A stretch of DNA of 63,996 nt, filler included, from Bacteriovoracaceae bacterium (GCA_018649885.1; 7 parts of 7 records of this genome joined end to end with filler, not necessarily neighbours in it), one strand, 5' to 3'; numbered from the whole stretch's first letter, positions 49,618 through 60,903 are shown. Notes: a model not told the origin generated them from the sequence alone. Translations and numbers: made by a program.

Positions 49618-50799
49618 ATGTTGGGTGCATCTTGGAAAATCACAAGTCTATTATTTATTTCAATTCTGATGACTCCAGGGTCTTCGCAAGCATTTAACTT
49701 AATGGGAAAGAAAAAGTGTGGGGGGATTGGTAAAAGATGGGCCGGAAAAAAACCAGTGGAAGTGAGGCTGCACTTACCGAGTTTAAAAAGCTATATTAAA
49801 TCTAAAGATTTTGCAGATCCAAAATCTGCACTTGCTCGCGCCAAAGGCGATATAAAAAGAGTTATAAAAGAAATTAATAGTATCTCTGAAATTGATTTAA
49901 CACTAGAGCTTGGACAAGATCTGAAGTTCCCAAAGTTATATAGGGGAAATGATGAGAAATACCATAGATCAATTAGAATTGGCTTTTATAATAGGTCCCA
50001 GATGAATGCCCGTAGCAAGAAAAAGCAAAATCCTGCTTGGGCCAATATGGATAAGAAATGCAGGTTTTCAGAAAACTTTGTCACCTATAATGGAAAGTTG
50101 AAGTGGGCCTTTGGCAATCCTAAACAAAATGGCCAAAAATACTGGGAAGTGGGAAGACAACTTGGAGAAAAACTATCTTTTCGAGCGGTACTTCTTCATG
50201 AGGTAACCCATGCCCTGGGTTTGTCCCATGCAAATAATGAATACGCTATTATGAACCATAGTCACAAACCATGGACCACAGGCAAAAGTGAAGCGAGCAT
50301 GGAATTTTTGCCAGATGATGTTGCAGGTCTTATTTCCCTGTATGGAAATAAGAGTAAAAAAACTGCAGATCTAACGGTCACAAATAGTTATTTCTTACCA
50401 AAATCTTCCAACCCCAAATACAAGGCGGGGAAACAAATACTTAACAAAGAAGTCCCTGCTAGCAGCGTTGGTGGAAATAGTATTGAACCTGAAATAACTA
50501 TTAATAATAAGGGAAGTAAAGCAATCAAAGCTGAACTTCAACTATGGTTTTCAAAAAATCAAATATTAGATCAAGATCGTGACTATCAGTCAGAGACCGT
50601 TTACCAGTATCAATTGAATCAGGAGAGTAAAAAACTGACAAATAGCTTTGAGGTTCCTTCGGGGATTCCATCAGGAAGCTACTTTGTTTTTGCTGTTTTA
50701 GTTCCTACTCAAGTGAAAGGCAAGAGTGGTCGCCCTCAGCGTGAAAAAAATGAATATAATAATGCGATCGCTCTCAGAGGAAAGATCCAGCTAAATTGA
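49618..50799 (+). CDS. Secreted matrixin-family metalloprotease with a C-terminal Ig/CARDB-like domain
   Basis: VLLHEVTHALGLSH, AIM Met-turn, DDVAGLISLYG; EKNEYNN. Confidence 0.85.
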   Translation: MLGASWKITSLLFISILMTPGSSQAFNLMGKKKCGGIGKRWAGKKPVEVRLHLPSLKSYIKSKDFADPKSALARAKGDIKRVIKEINSISEIDLTLELGQDLKFPKLYRGNDEKYHRSIRIGFYNRSQMNARSKKKQNPAWANMDKKCRFSENFVTYNGKLKWAFGNPKQNGQKYWEVGRQLGEKLSFRAVLLHEVTHALGLSHANNEYAIMNHSHKPWTTGKSEASMEFLPDDVAGLISLYGNKSKKTADLTVTNSYFLPKSSNPKYKAGKQILNKEVPASSVGGNSIEPEITINNKGSKAIKAELQLWFSKNQILDQDRDYQSETVYQYQLNQESKKLTNSFEVPSGIPSGSYFVFAVLVPTQVKGKSGRPQREKNEYNNAIALRGKIQLN

Positions 50800-50852
50800 T
50801 CTCAGTTTAAACTAGAGCTTTACCAATTGGATAGGCCATTAGATGATGGGAC

Positions 50853-51953
50853 ATGGAAAACTTCTCATCAATTGTACCCAAATTTGACTTCGACAATTTA
50901 CCTTACGTAGACTTTGCCTACGAAAATTATCCTAATGCTGTCTTTGACTTGGCATCTAGTAATGTCAAAGCTTATCCACTGAGCTCAATGAAGGTTAATC
51001 CTACTCACCTTGATATGCATTCAGCTAATTTGCACAAACTTCTTAATGCTCAACTGGCTTCAATTTACAATGTGGAAGAAAATCATGTGGCCGTAACAAT
51101 TGGTTGCACCCATGCCCTTTTTATTGTGGCCACGCTGTTTGATTCTATATATGCGGAGTCTCCTGGTTTTGAGCCAATCTGGCAGACACCCAAAGCATTA
51201 GGTACTAAAACTTCTTTTATTGAACGAGAGAATGTGGAGGGACGTTTAGTTTTTAATCTAGAAAAAATTAAGAAGTCTAATCTCGAGTCTAATTCTGCTC
51301 TTGTCATTACAAATCCCCATAACCCATCGGGGACTCTTTTGAGTGAGAGGGAATTATTTGAGCTCTCAAGTATTTTAAAAGAAAAAGGGGTATTCCTGGT
51401 TGTCGATGAAATTTATCTCGATTTTCACCGGCCTCTAGGTGAGGGAACAGCATATGGAAGTAATGACAATATTTTAATATTATCAGGCCTTACAAAAGTA
51501 TATGGGCTTGGATCTCTCAGGAGTGGATGGTTTGTGGGAGCACCTAAGATTATTGATAAAATAAATGCGGCGATACTCCAAACTGTTGGTTCTCACAGCT
51601 CTGTGGCCATGAGCTATATCTCTAGTGCTCTAGAGAAGCTTGATGAGCTCAAAGCTTATCAAGTACAAAGACTTAATGGTCGCATGGATTTTCTTGAACA
51701 GAAGCTGGAAAAGCTCTCAGATGCTTCTTTTTACAAGCCTGATGTTGGCATTGTCGGTCTATTAGACGTGAGAAACTTATTAAAGGGAAGGACTGATCTA
51801 GAAATGGTAGGTGAGTTACTCGATAGTACTAAAACAATTGTTGCCCCTGGATCCTTTTTTCGACTAGAGGGGCATTTCCGAGTCTCTATCGGAGGTGAAG
51901 AGCAAGGATTTAAAACTGGTATTGATCACCTCGTTAACTTTTTAAGTGGGTAA
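50853..51953 (+). CDS. PLP-dependent aminotransferase class I/II
   Basis: TNPHNPSG, VVDEIY, SGLTKVYGLGSLRSGW and PGSFF...FRVS motifs. Confidence 0.92.
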   Translation: MENFSSIVPKFDFDNLPYVDFAYENYPNAVFDLASSNVKAYPLSSMKVNPTHLDMHSANLHKLLNAQLASIYNVEENHVAVTIGCTHALFIVATLFDSIYAESPGFEPIWQTPKALGTKTSFIERENVEGRLVFNLEKIKKSNLESNSALVITNPHNPSGTLLSERELFELSSILKEKGVFLVVDEIYLDFHRPLGEGTAYGSNDNILILSGLTKVYGLGSLRSGWFVGAPKIIDKINAAILQTVGSHSSVAMSYISSALEKLDELKAYQVQRLNGRMDFLEQKLEKLSDASFYKPDVGIVGLLDVRNLLKGRTDLEMVGELLDSTKTIVAPGSFFRLEGHFRVSIGGEEQGFKTGIDHLVNFLSG

Positions 51954-51958
51954 TACAA

Positions 51959-52390
51959 TCACTTTCCCACTGAGTATGTTTCACATCCACTGCCAAATTT
52001 TACTTCGGCTTTTTGACCTGCGACGTTTCTTAGATTTAACTGGGAAGTAAGAGAAAATTTTTCAGATTTTGATTTCGTTAGATCTCTTTTTCCTGCGTTA
52101 TAGCCCACTACAAACCATTCTCCACAAACAGGAGAAATCCCTGCAATCTGGCCTTTGATTAGCTTTTTAGACTTAGTAAACTCAAGATCAAATGCGTCTT
52201 TCGACTCTTGGTTTATGACCATAGACCCATATTCGTCTATGTCCCGAGGAATGGTGATTTTAAAATCATGGCAATCCTCTAGCACATCAGCTGGTCCTGT
52301 CGTTTTAGCATCTACCAAGCAGCTGACACCCATGCCTGCAAAGGCATTGAAGCAAAAAAGTAGCATTAAAGTAATTTTGATTACGTTCAT
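51959..52390 (-). CDS. Secreted hypothetical protein
   Basis: MNVIKITLMLLFCFNAFA signal from ATG 52390; GGAGAG RBS. Confidence 0.7.
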   Translation of the reverse strand: MNVIKITLMLLFCFNAFAGMGVSCLVDAKTTGPADVLEDCHDFKITIPRDIDEYGSMVINQESKDAFDLEFTKSKKLIKGQIAGISPVCGEWFVVGYNAGKRDLTKSKSEKFSLTSQLNLRNVAGQKAEVKFGSGCETYSVGK

Positions 52391-52421
52391 ATCTCTCTCC
52401 ACTTTTGTATAGGTAGAAAAG

Positions 52422-52437
52422 TGCAATATAGTGGCCA
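52422..52437 (-). promoter_or_regulatory. sigma54 promoter
   Basis: TGGCCACTATATTGCA = GG-N10-GC, about 30 nt upstream of ATG 52390. Confidence 0.65.
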
Positions 52438-52777
52438 TTGTGGCAATCGAATATCAGTGACTTAGAAGCGCTATTTTGACTAAAACGAGGGAGTGATCAG
52501 ACAATAAGCATAGTAAACAACTGATATTTATAGACAGCTCAAGTAGATGGCTTCTGCACTACTTAAGTATTTGTAAACTCTACTAAGATGTTTGATAAGC
52601 CCATTTTAATTAGGTAGATAAGAGCTTATGCAAAATAGAGATACTAGCTTGGAGTAATTCCATGGTTTTTAAAGGGCCTTTAGGCCAAAAAAGAGGGCCT
52701 TTTTGAGGCCGTCGATAATTTCAGGGGGCATTTTAGTAAAGAGAGTGGGGGAGTTGTAGTGCTAGTTTTACTTTCAC

Positions 52778-53532
52778 CCAGACTTTCCCGCTGAAATTAG
52801 AGCCCCGGCCGGAACAGTTGCAGGTGTTTCAGGATTTCAAGTCAATATTGGCGCATCTGAAATCAACACCCCAGGAGATGAGCCAGACGTTCTTGTGGCC
52901 ATGAATCCTGCCGCTCTCAAGGCAAACCTTCATACAGTTAAAAAAGGTGGAACCCTTATTCTCAATATGGATGCTTTTACCAAAGGCAACTTGGATAAGG
53001 CCGGCTATGACGCCGATCCCTTTGAAGATGATCACTTAAATGATTTCCAACTAATCAAGGCCAATATCACCAGCCAAACTGAGGTTGCTCTTGAGGAAGT
53101 AGATCTAGATAAAAAGTCTAAGGCCAGATGTAAAAACTTCTACGCCCTCGGTCTTACCTACTTTATGTTTGGCCGTGACCTAGGTCCCACTCTCAATTGG
53201 ATTAGCGATAAATTTAAGGGAAAAGATAAGGTCATTGATGCCAACTCAAAAGCATTAAAAGCCGGATTTAATTACGGCGACACTATTGAAGCCAGCATAT
53301 CCACTTATTCGGTACCAGCTGCCAAAATCCAGCCGGGAACATATAGGCAAATCAATGGGAACACGGCCACAGCTTGGGGATTTATTCAGGCCGCTGAAGC
53401 TGCTGAGCTCAAGCTCTTTCTAGGCTCCTACCCTATCACTCCTGCAACAGATATTTTGCACGAACTCGCAAAACACAAAAATCTTGGAGTTAAGACATTT
53501 CAGGCCGAAGATGAGATAGCGGGAATTTGTTC
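52778..53532 (+). pseudogene. korA: 2-oxoacid:ferredoxin oxidoreductase alpha subunit lacking its N-terminus (also cut at the contig end)
   Basis: PDFPAEIRAPAGTVAGVSGFQ, DVLVAMNPAAL, CKNFYALG, GSYPITPATDILH and QAEDEIAGI motifs; in-frame TAG at 52763 and no RFAGDSGDG segment. Confidence 0.8.
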
Positions 53533-53632
53533 NNNNNNNNNNNNNNNNNNNNNNNNNNNNNNNNNNNNNNNNNNNNTTAATTAATTAANNNNNNNNNNNN
53601 NNNNNNNNNNNNNNNNNNNNNNNNNNNNNNNN
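53533..53632. other. Artificial contig linker
   Basis: N44-TTAATTAATTAA-N44. Confidence 0.98.
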
Positions 53633-54771
53633 ATGCCATTAAATTCTTTCATATTCATAGGATTCATACTGGCAGCTGGAGATGTCTCTGTTAGACCGTA
53701 GGCCTCAATAAGTGGCACTCCTGTTACTTCTTTCCACTTCTCAGCAACAACGCGCTGAACGGCCATTCCGCCACCAAGAGTGATACGAAGTGAGCTAAAA
53801 TCAAGCTTTGCAAAATCCTCATTATTTACAAGAACATTAAAAAGAGTATTCACACCAGTGATCGTTGTGAACTTCCATTTTGAAAGCTCTTTAACAAATC
53901 CTGGGATATCTCTTGGGTTGGTAATTAAAACATTCATGGCACCTAGACTTGAAAAGGCAAGGCAGTTAGCAGTTAAACTAAAAATATGATAAAGCGGAAG
54001 TGGAGTGATGATAATTTCCTCACCCTCTTTGATAGCATTTCCGATCCACCCTTTGGCCTGAGTTAAGTTGGCAACAATATTTCCGTGGCTTAGTATCGCC
54101 CCTTTGGATACGCCTGTTGTTCCACCAGTATATTGTAAAAATGCTGTGTCTTCTAAAGTCACTTCAGTTTTTACAAATTTTGATGGATCACCATTTTCAA
54201 CACAGTCTTTGAAGTTCATCGCTTTCGGAAGCTGAAAAGCTGGAACCATTTTTTTCACATTCTTAATAACAAAATTAACAATCAAATTTTTTGGAAATTT
54301 TAAGAGATCTCCAATTTGAGTGACCATTACGTGCTTAACCGAAGTCTCACTTAGTACTTTTTCTAAAATATTGGCCGAGTTAGCAAATATAACAATTGCC
54401 TCAGCACCAGAATCATTTAATTGGTGCTTAAGCTCCCTTTTAGTGTAGAGAGGGTTAACATTAACAGCAACCATCCCGGCCCTCAAGATACCAAATAGAG
54501 CAACTGGGTATTGTAAAATATTGGGCATCATCAAAGCGACTCTATCACCTTTTTTTAATCCCAATTCATTTTGAAGAAAACTTGCAAAGCATTTACTTTT
54601 TTTATCGAGGTCACCATAAGTCATGGTGGTGCCCATATTGTGAAATGAAGGACGATTTTTATACTTGATAAATACTTCCTCAAGCATTGATGCCAATGAG
54701 TCATAGGCAGCGGTATCGATTTCTTTTGGGATTCCCTCTTGGTACTCTTTGTACCACGCGTGATCAGTCAT
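53633..54771 (-). CDS. fadD: Long-chain-fatty-acid--CoA ligase, 3'-partial
   Basis: LQYTGGTTGVSKGA, PLPLYHIF and EAYGLTETSP motifs. Confidence 0.95.
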
Positions 54772-54913
54772 ATATTCCTCATGGGGTAATGGTTAAAAAA
54801 TTTTTCTTAGACTGTCACAAAATGAAGAAATTGACCACTTAGCGAGTGTCCCTTGGAGTTTTTACGCGTTGCACGAAAGAAGAAAAGTGTAAGGATTACA
54901 TATTTTTTTGCTT

Positions 54914-56299
54914 TTAAGAGGCCTTGTTTTCTTGATCCACAAGCTTTTTGAGCCCTTTATAAACCGTTTTGAAGGGTCCGACATTCCATAAATTTTCCGC
55001 TCGCAGTAGATATTCCGATAATCCGCAGCCTTCATTGTTTATAAAGTAATCAACAATATCGTGAGCAACAATAAATAAGGCCGACAGAGGTGCTACTCTT
55101 GAGGCCCCCAATTTCTTAGGAAAACCGCTAGCATCAGGCCTTTCATGGTGTTGAAAAATAATGAGCTCTGTCTCTGGAGGGGCCAAGTTAAAAGAGGATT
55201 TAACCAAATTCCCAGCATCCGCTGGATGGCCCAAGAATAATTTGCGATCCTCTTCGCTCCAGTTATCCCAAGTTTTTTCTAACTCTTTTACAGTCTGGAT
55301 GCGAGCAAGCTCTGGTTTGTGAAATAAGGTGATATCATGTAAAAGCGAGGCGTACACGAGTTTTTCTAGTGTTATATCCGAGCTCCACTCCAAAGATTTA
55401 GCAAGTCCACAGGTTGTTGAAGCAAGAAGTGAGATATGTCCTGAAATATAATTGTCTTTTCCCTGATCAAAGTTTAGTTTTCTAAAACTTTTGGTGAATT
55501 TAGGATGTTTCTTAACAGTGCTGACTGCTCTTTTTACTTTCTGTTCTATCAGCTCCTTAAAATCTTTTGTGATCAAAAGCTCATCTTCAACTCTAATAAT
55601 TTTTTGTTCAAATTTTTCTTGAGCACTGGACTCAGGGGAACGCACCACAAACTTGAATTTCTTATTTTGTAAAAAAAGTGGAAATTGCGAGTGAACTTGA
55701 TCGAGCACCCACTTAACTGTTTTTTGTTGAATGTAGAAAAATTCTAGACCTTTTTTTTGATATTTCTCAATATCTTGATCATCCAGTTGATCACCTTCTC
55801 GAAAAAGTTTTACAAATTTATCTTCTTTCAATTTTATATACAGATCATTTGAAAGCCCATCAAATATTTCTATACAATCGAGGGCCACAGGTGAATAGGT
55901 ATCCAGACTAAGGCTTACGTCCTCCACAAAGATTTTCGATACCACTTCTTGAAGACCTGCTATGGTATTAGTTTTTTCTATAAAGTGAAAAACTCGTCCA
56001 CGCATCTCTGGAGGAAGGCCTGGGAGAAGCTCTTTATCAGCAATAAAGCCAATAGGGATAACAAATGATTCGTCTTGAAAAATTTTAATAATATCATCTA
56101 GAATAAAATCTTCATGATGATAGAGATAGATCACCAAGTTGAACTGATCTTTTTTCTCTCTAAAAAGAGACAGTGCACTTTTCTCATCTTCCGGGCAATG
56201 CACATCAAAACCGTAGCCACTTTGCAACGCAAATTTGAGAATCTTTCGCATCTTTTCATCAAAAGAATAGAGCAGTACCTGAGTGTTATCTTCGGCCAA
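54914..56299 (-). CDS. HD-GYP-type phosphohydrolase with a degenerate N-terminal receiver-like domain
   Basis: SLLHDI; QHHERPDASGFP. Confidence 0.8.
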   Translation of the reverse strand: MAEDNTQVLLYSFDEKMRKILKFALQSGYGFDVHCPEDEKSALSLFREKKDQFNLVIYLYHHEDFILDDIIKIFQDESFVIPIGFIADKELLPGLPPEMRGRVFHFIEKTNTIAGLQEVVSKIFVEDVSLSLDTYSPVALDCIEIFDGLSNDLYIKLKEDKFVKLFREGDQLDDQDIEKYQKKGLEFFYIQQKTVKWVLDQVHSQFPLFLQNKKFKFVVRSPESSAQEKFEQKIIRVEDELLITKDFKELIEQKVKRAVSTVKKHPKFTKSFRKLNFDQGKDNYISGHISLLASTTCGLAKSLEWSSDITLEKLVYASLLHDITLFHKPELARIQTVKELEKTWDNWSEEDRKLFLGHPADAGNLVKSSFNLAPPETELIIFQHHERPDASGFPKKLGASRVAPLSALFIVAHDIVDYFINNEGCGLSEYLLRAENLWNVGPFKTVYKGLKKLVDQENKAS

Positions 56300-56413
56300 T
56301 TGGCCTCCTTGCTTCTTCTATTTACTCACAAAACAGCGCTCACCACAATTTGGGACTTTATATTGCCTATCAGATTTTGTATGATTTAATAAACGAGTCT
56401 TATGGAGTGGTAA

Positions 56414-56872
56414 TTGAAGCTCATTATTATGATATTTTTGTTTCCCATGGCCATTGCCTTTGGCCAAGATGACACAAGCGTAGGCTGCGGACTCGGGACT
56501 ATCTTGATAAAAAGGGACCGAACAATACTTTCGGCAGTCATTAAGATGAGCAGCAACTCACTTTTATCAAATCAGCTCTTTGGCATTAGCTCTGGAACTA
56601 GTGGGTGCAATAAACATAGACTGGTTCAAAAACAATTGAGAATCCATCAATTTATTGTTCGTAACTATGAAAACCTTCAAATTGAGTTCGCTACTGCAGA
56701 TGGAGAATTTGCACAGCAATTCGCCCAACTATTAGGCTGTAATGAAATACCAAGTGCTCTCAGTGCCATCCAAGGTGACTATAAGTTGATCTTTTATCCC
56801 AAGGCCCAAAACACCACAGAGTTTCTTACCAGAATAAAAAGACCACTTCACCATGGGGGCTGTGTAATATAG
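56414..56872 (+). CDS. DUF3015 family protein
   Basis: GCGLG, NQLFGISSGTSGC and A.ADGE....A.LLGC motifs. Confidence 0.85.
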   Translation: MKLIIMIFLFPMAIAFGQDDTSVGCGLGTILIKRDRTILSAVIKMSSNSLLSNQLFGISSGTSGCNKHRLVQKQLRIHQFIVRNYENLQIEFATADGEFAQQFAQLLGCNEIPSALSAIQGDYKLIFYPKAQNTTEFLTRIKRPLHHGGCVI

Positions 56873-56892
56873 CCTCACACTTTTTTGGACAG

Positions 56893-56976
56893 CTATACTG
56901 ATGCCATATGCCCGTACACACATGCCGCCAAGATCGCAATATTGAGAGCAAAAATCACTCTATCAAATACTTCCAT
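56893..56976 (-). CDS. Possible 27-aa hydrophobic small protein
   Basis: MEVFDRVIFALNIAILAACVYGHMASV*; weak RBS. Confidence 0.3.
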   Translation of the reverse strand: MEVFDRVIFALNIAILAACVYGHMASV

Positions 56977-57041
56977 GGTAATGACTTCGGTAGACTGTGA
57001 AATTTTATGATTTTTTCAGATTTTTTAACGAATTAGATCGG

Positions 57042-58835
57042 TTAATCTATCAGCTTTTTGAATTTTCTTGCTGCCGTGTTTTTATTCCAAATCTCCTTCG
57101 GCCCCAAGTCCTTGCTATTAGAGTTAGTTTTGATAATTAATGAGCCTGGTCTAAAAACTACCCTGCTACCAGATCGTTCTAAAATATTGAGGCCTTCAAA
57201 ATATTGATCCTCTAAAACATCACTGTCCTTCATAACCTTTAAATGAATATCCTTTAAAAAATGGGGGCAATGATTTTCTTTCATAGACGCTCCAGACTTA
57301 CCAAAACAATTAAAATAATAATTTTGATCCTCACGCACAGGCCCACTCCAAATATTTTGACGCTTTGGAATTTTCACTCGGTCCACAACCGCCAGCTCAA
57401 AGCGGTTACTAAAATTTCCATCCTTTGGCCCATAATACCAAGAAACAATGGCGTCCTTATAGGGGAAGAATTTTAAATCCACTCCTTCACTATTCCCGGC
57501 AAGCTCAGCAAAGCGAAGCTCTGGGCCCAATACAAGATGCTGATCATAATTATATCTTCCGCTTCTAGTCTTTTTAGATGTCACCCTTTTTTCGAATATA
57601 AAAAAGTCACCTTTAATAGTCGCCTGGGCCTGATCAAGCTCAGGCACGAAAACAACAGGGAATTTCTGATCTATGCCAGGACCAAAGCTTCTGACCCGCC
57701 CTACCCTTGATTCACTTTCCAATCTATTTTGGACAGTTTTTTCAAAAACAATTTCAGGCCTCACCCAGCCCAGTAAAATTTTGTTATAGGCGCTTAAATT
57801 TTGTGGCCCTAAAGGTGAATGAATAGACATAATATCCAAATACCCAATTCCATTTTCTCCATTGTGATACTGATCACTAAGGCCCAGGAAATGACCAAAC
57901 TCGTGGACATAAACAGAGATGGGATCAAAAATAGATTGCATGTTGTACTGATGAGCAAATAATGAGTTATGCACCTTTAGTGATGAGTATGAGGCCCTAT
58001 ACTCTCCTTTCACTAGTGGCCCACGACTTTGATAGTGAGGGTTGTCTCGTTTTAATCCAATCATAAACTGATGCGGCCAAATTCGATCATAACACTCTCT
58101 TTCCTCGTCACTCGTGGCCATATTTGATGAGGGGAAAAACCTCTGTGGATCAAATTTTTTCTGACAAAAGGCCTGAGAAGCTCCAGCGTGAACAAACATA
58201 ACTGCATCAATAAGGCCATCGGGCTCATTATAAATACCGTTTTGGTTGGCATCAGAAAAATCAAACTGATCAAGTCCCTTCCACCAATCTCCCTGCCCTA
58301 CTATTTCTTTCAATTTTAAAATCGATTCCATTGCAAGTTGGGTATGATGCTGATCTCTTTGTCCAATTTTTGGTGCATGCCCATAAAAGCCAGAGCTTTT
58401 ATCCATCGTGATAATTGGAGAAACAATTCCTTCTACATGTAATTTCCCCCTAGAGGCCTGGCCGAAGTAGTGGGAGATTGATCCTGGAGAATTGCCAAAT
58501 AATTTGTTTTGTAATTTATCACTAAAAGAACTTCTATCACCTTGGAGGTTAAACTTATCATCACTAAACTCAACCGGAATTACCAAGGCCTTTATTTTTC
58601 CACTTAAAATTTCAGGACGGTACTCGCTATGATTCAATCTTTGAAGTGACTTTAAATTTAGAGTAGGAATCTCTCTATCTTTAAGTAACCTAAATAATTT
58701 TTTAGCGGGGTATTTGCCATTAGAGAGCTTTACGAACTTCTTTTGAAGCTCACCTTGAGAATTAGCACTATTATGTTTGCCACAACTAGCAAACGCTAGC
58801 ATTCCAAAAAGTAATGGCACTAAATAGCGATTCAA
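57042..58835 (-). CDS. M6 (immune inhibitor A-like) metalloprotease lipoprotein
   Basis: Lipobox FASC; LVIPVEFSD, PDGLID...VHAG, IWPH, VHEFGHFLGLSDQY, DIMS and K..LGW motifs. Confidence 0.9.
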   Translation of the reverse strand: MNRYLVPLLFGMLAFASCGKHNSANSQGELQKKFVKLSNGKYPAKKLFRLLKDREIPTLNLKSLQRLNHSEYRPEILSGKIKALVIPVEFSDDKFNLQGDRSSFSDKLQNKLFGNSPGSISHYFGQASRGKLHVEGIVSPIITMDKSSGFYGHAPKIGQRDQHHTQLAMESILKLKEIVGQGDWWKGLDQFDFSDANQNGIYNEPDGLIDAVMFVHAGASQAFCQKKFDPQRFFPSSNMATSDEERECYDRIWPHQFMIGLKRDNPHYQSRGPLVKGEYRASYSSLKVHNSLFAHQYNMQSIFDPISVYVHEFGHFLGLSDQYHNGENGIGYLDIMSIHSPLGPQNLSAYNKILLGWVRPEIVFEKTVQNRLESESRVGRVRSFGPGIDQKFPVVFVPELDQAQATIKGDFFIFEKRVTSKKTRSGRYNYDQHLVLGPELRFAELAGNSEGVDLKFFPYKDAIVSWYYGPKDGNFSNRFELAVVDRVKIPKRQNIWSGPVREDQNYYFNCFGKSGASMKENHCPHFLKDIHLKVMKDSDVLEDQYFEGLNILERSGSRVVFRPGSLIIKTNSNSKDLGPKEIWNKNTAARKFKKLID

Positions 58836-58859
58836 ATTCCCTCCCCCTTAATAGTTTTA

Positions 58860-60368
58860 CTAAAGTCCCATCTGCCCCATCAATTTGTGGCAATCAGCAC
58901 TAGAGCCTTTAGGACATTTCTTTTTTACAAAATCTCCTAAGCTACTTACTAATTTTTTTCGTTTTTTATTATTGGCCCAATCACTTAATGATTTAGAGAC
59001 GCGCTCAAAGCGTTTCTTATTTCTGCCTGAAAAGAGATCTTTTTCCATAAATGCCTCAGAGAATACTTTTCTCGACACTTTAATTAATGTGCTGCCATCT
59101 TTAGGAGCTCTCTTTGCCAAGGCCATAATATACCCTGTCCCCCACTGAAACCTTGTAGCGGAACCTCTAGAAACTTCCCAGGCCTTCTTTTTCCAATTTA
59201 TTGATTTCTTCTCGTCACCGGCCTCTTTTTCTAACCAAGACAGGTAATTCATAAAGTAATAGGGAGACTTAGAAATCTTTAGTTCACGCTCGCCATAACT
59301 TCTGGCCAGACCAAACTGCTTAGTCTTCACTAGTAGCCAAAGAGCTGTGCTCATTATGGCCTGTCTGCCATAACTATCGTTAACCTCAGAACTCGCACTC
59401 TCAATAGACTTGTTTATTTTGGCCTTAAGGTTTTTCCCCAAGCTCTTTTTTGTTGAAAGCCAATATTCCAACTCAACAGAGATAGAAGAAAGTCTCTCAT
59501 CCCAACTATAAAGACTACTTCCAAGGACATCGTCCATGGCCTCAAGTAATTTTTGTTTTGATTTTTTTTGAGCACTTTTTGAGGCCTTTTTAAACAAGAA
59601 ATTTTGAATACTATACCCCTCAAATGACAACTTCTCGAGGCCTGCGTTGATCAACTTTTTATCCGATAGAATTTTAAAAAATTCTGATTGGTAATAACTC
59701 ATGGCCTGTCTGGTTAGTGGATTTTTTTCAAGGCCTGCAACTTTTGATAAATACATAAGTGTAAGGGCAGATTTCTCTTCAGAGTAATCCGCTGGAATCC
59801 TTTGAAGTAGTAACTTTAACTCTCCAGGCAGTTTTTCTTTTGATACCGTTTGTTCTTGATCTTGCTCCCATGAATAAAAGGCCAGTTGATTCCACTGGGA
59901 CTTAGAAAGTTTTCCCTTTTTGGCCAAGGCCAGGAGGTCTGTTATGGACTTTAAATTGGCCCTAGAAAGTCTAAGAACTGAAATATATTTTTCGAGAGCA
60001 AGGCCTGTAGGCATCCTCATGATCTCCTTACCCATAGGATTTAATATCAGCATGGTGGGGTAACCTGAGGCCTTTAGCTTTTCACCCCAGCTTTGTGCCC
60101 TTTTACTATCACCATCGAGATAGACACTAACAAAATTTTTCATCTCTTTTTGAAAAGAGGTCTTAGTAAAAATTGTTTTTTTAATTTGATTGCATGGTGG
60201 GCACCACACGGCTCCCCAATAAAGAAATAGAGGTTTATTTTGATTTTTGGCGACTTCAAAGGCCTTTTCAACAGTGCCTGAATACCAGTGATCTCCTAGA
60301 TCGGATCCTCTTGACCATGCACTAGAAAGTGAACAGGCCACTAACAAAAAAGGTAACAAAATTTTCAT
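58860..60368 (-). CDS. Exported thioredoxin-family protein with a helical C-terminal region
   Basis: Signal peptide; YWGAVWCPPCNQ; GYPT cis-Pro motif. Confidence 0.88.
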   Translation of the reverse strand: MKILLPFLLVACSLSSAWSRGSDLGDHWYSGTVEKAFEVAKNQNKPLFLYWGAVWCPPCNQIKKTIFTKTSFQKEMKNFVSVYLDGDSKRAQSWGEKLKASGYPTMLILNPMGKEIMRMPTGLALEKYISVLRLSRANLKSITDLLALAKKGKLSKSQWNQLAFYSWEQDQEQTVSKEKLPGELKLLLQRIPADYSEEKSALTLMYLSKVAGLEKNPLTRQAMSYYQSEFFKILSDKKLINAGLEKLSFEGYSIQNFLFKKASKSAQKKSKQKLLEAMDDVLGSSLYSWDERLSSISVELEYWLSTKKSLGKNLKAKINKSIESASSEVNDSYGRQAIMSTALWLLVKTKQFGLARSYGERELKISKSPYYFMNYLSWLEKEAGDEKKSINWKKKAWEVSRGSATRFQWGTGYIMALAKRAPKDGSTLIKVSRKVFSEAFMEKDLFSGRNKKRFERVSKSLSDWANNKKRKKLVSSLGDFVKKKCPKGSSADCHKLMGQMGL

Positions 60369-60669
60369 AATTTTCTCCGCTTAGTATTGATATAACAAAC
60401 CCAATAGATGATTTCATTAGAATCCAGGTCCAAAGTGCTTAAAGGGCACTCTTTGTAAGTAAATGTAAGACAATAGTCTTGAACCTAAAAATAGGTTTAT
60501 ATTTTCACTTTCTATTAACGACCCATTAAGTTTTTCCAAAGGCACGTGATTTTATATTGTTATGTACCTAGAGTCAGCCTTGTATACAGATGTCGTACAA
60601 TTTAAGTATTAAAATGACGTAAAAAATGAATTTGATGATATGCTGACACGCGACAAGAGGAGGTGTCAC

Positions 60670-60903
60670 ATGTCACAAAAAAACCATCATAAAACCCCTA
60701 TCATCACAAAAGTTAGAAATGTCTATTACAGTAATATATTCTTTGTGATGGGCCTAAACTTCTTATTAGTAGGTCTATTTCTTTTTCTCTTTGTAGCTGC
60801 TCAAAGCCTACCAAGTGGGAAAAATAAAATGAGGATGAAAACTCAGCATCTTCAAAAACTTAGTACAGCTGGAAATACAAACTCTTCGCCGATCCCAAAA
60901 TAA
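60670..60903 (+). CDS. Small single-TM hypothetical protein
   Basis: GAGGAGG RBS + ATG 60670; one TM helix. Confidence 0.6.
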   Translation: MSQKNHHKTPIITKVRNVYYSNIFFVMGLNFLLVGLFLFLFVAAQSLPSGKNKMRMKTQHLQKLSTAGNTNSSPIPK

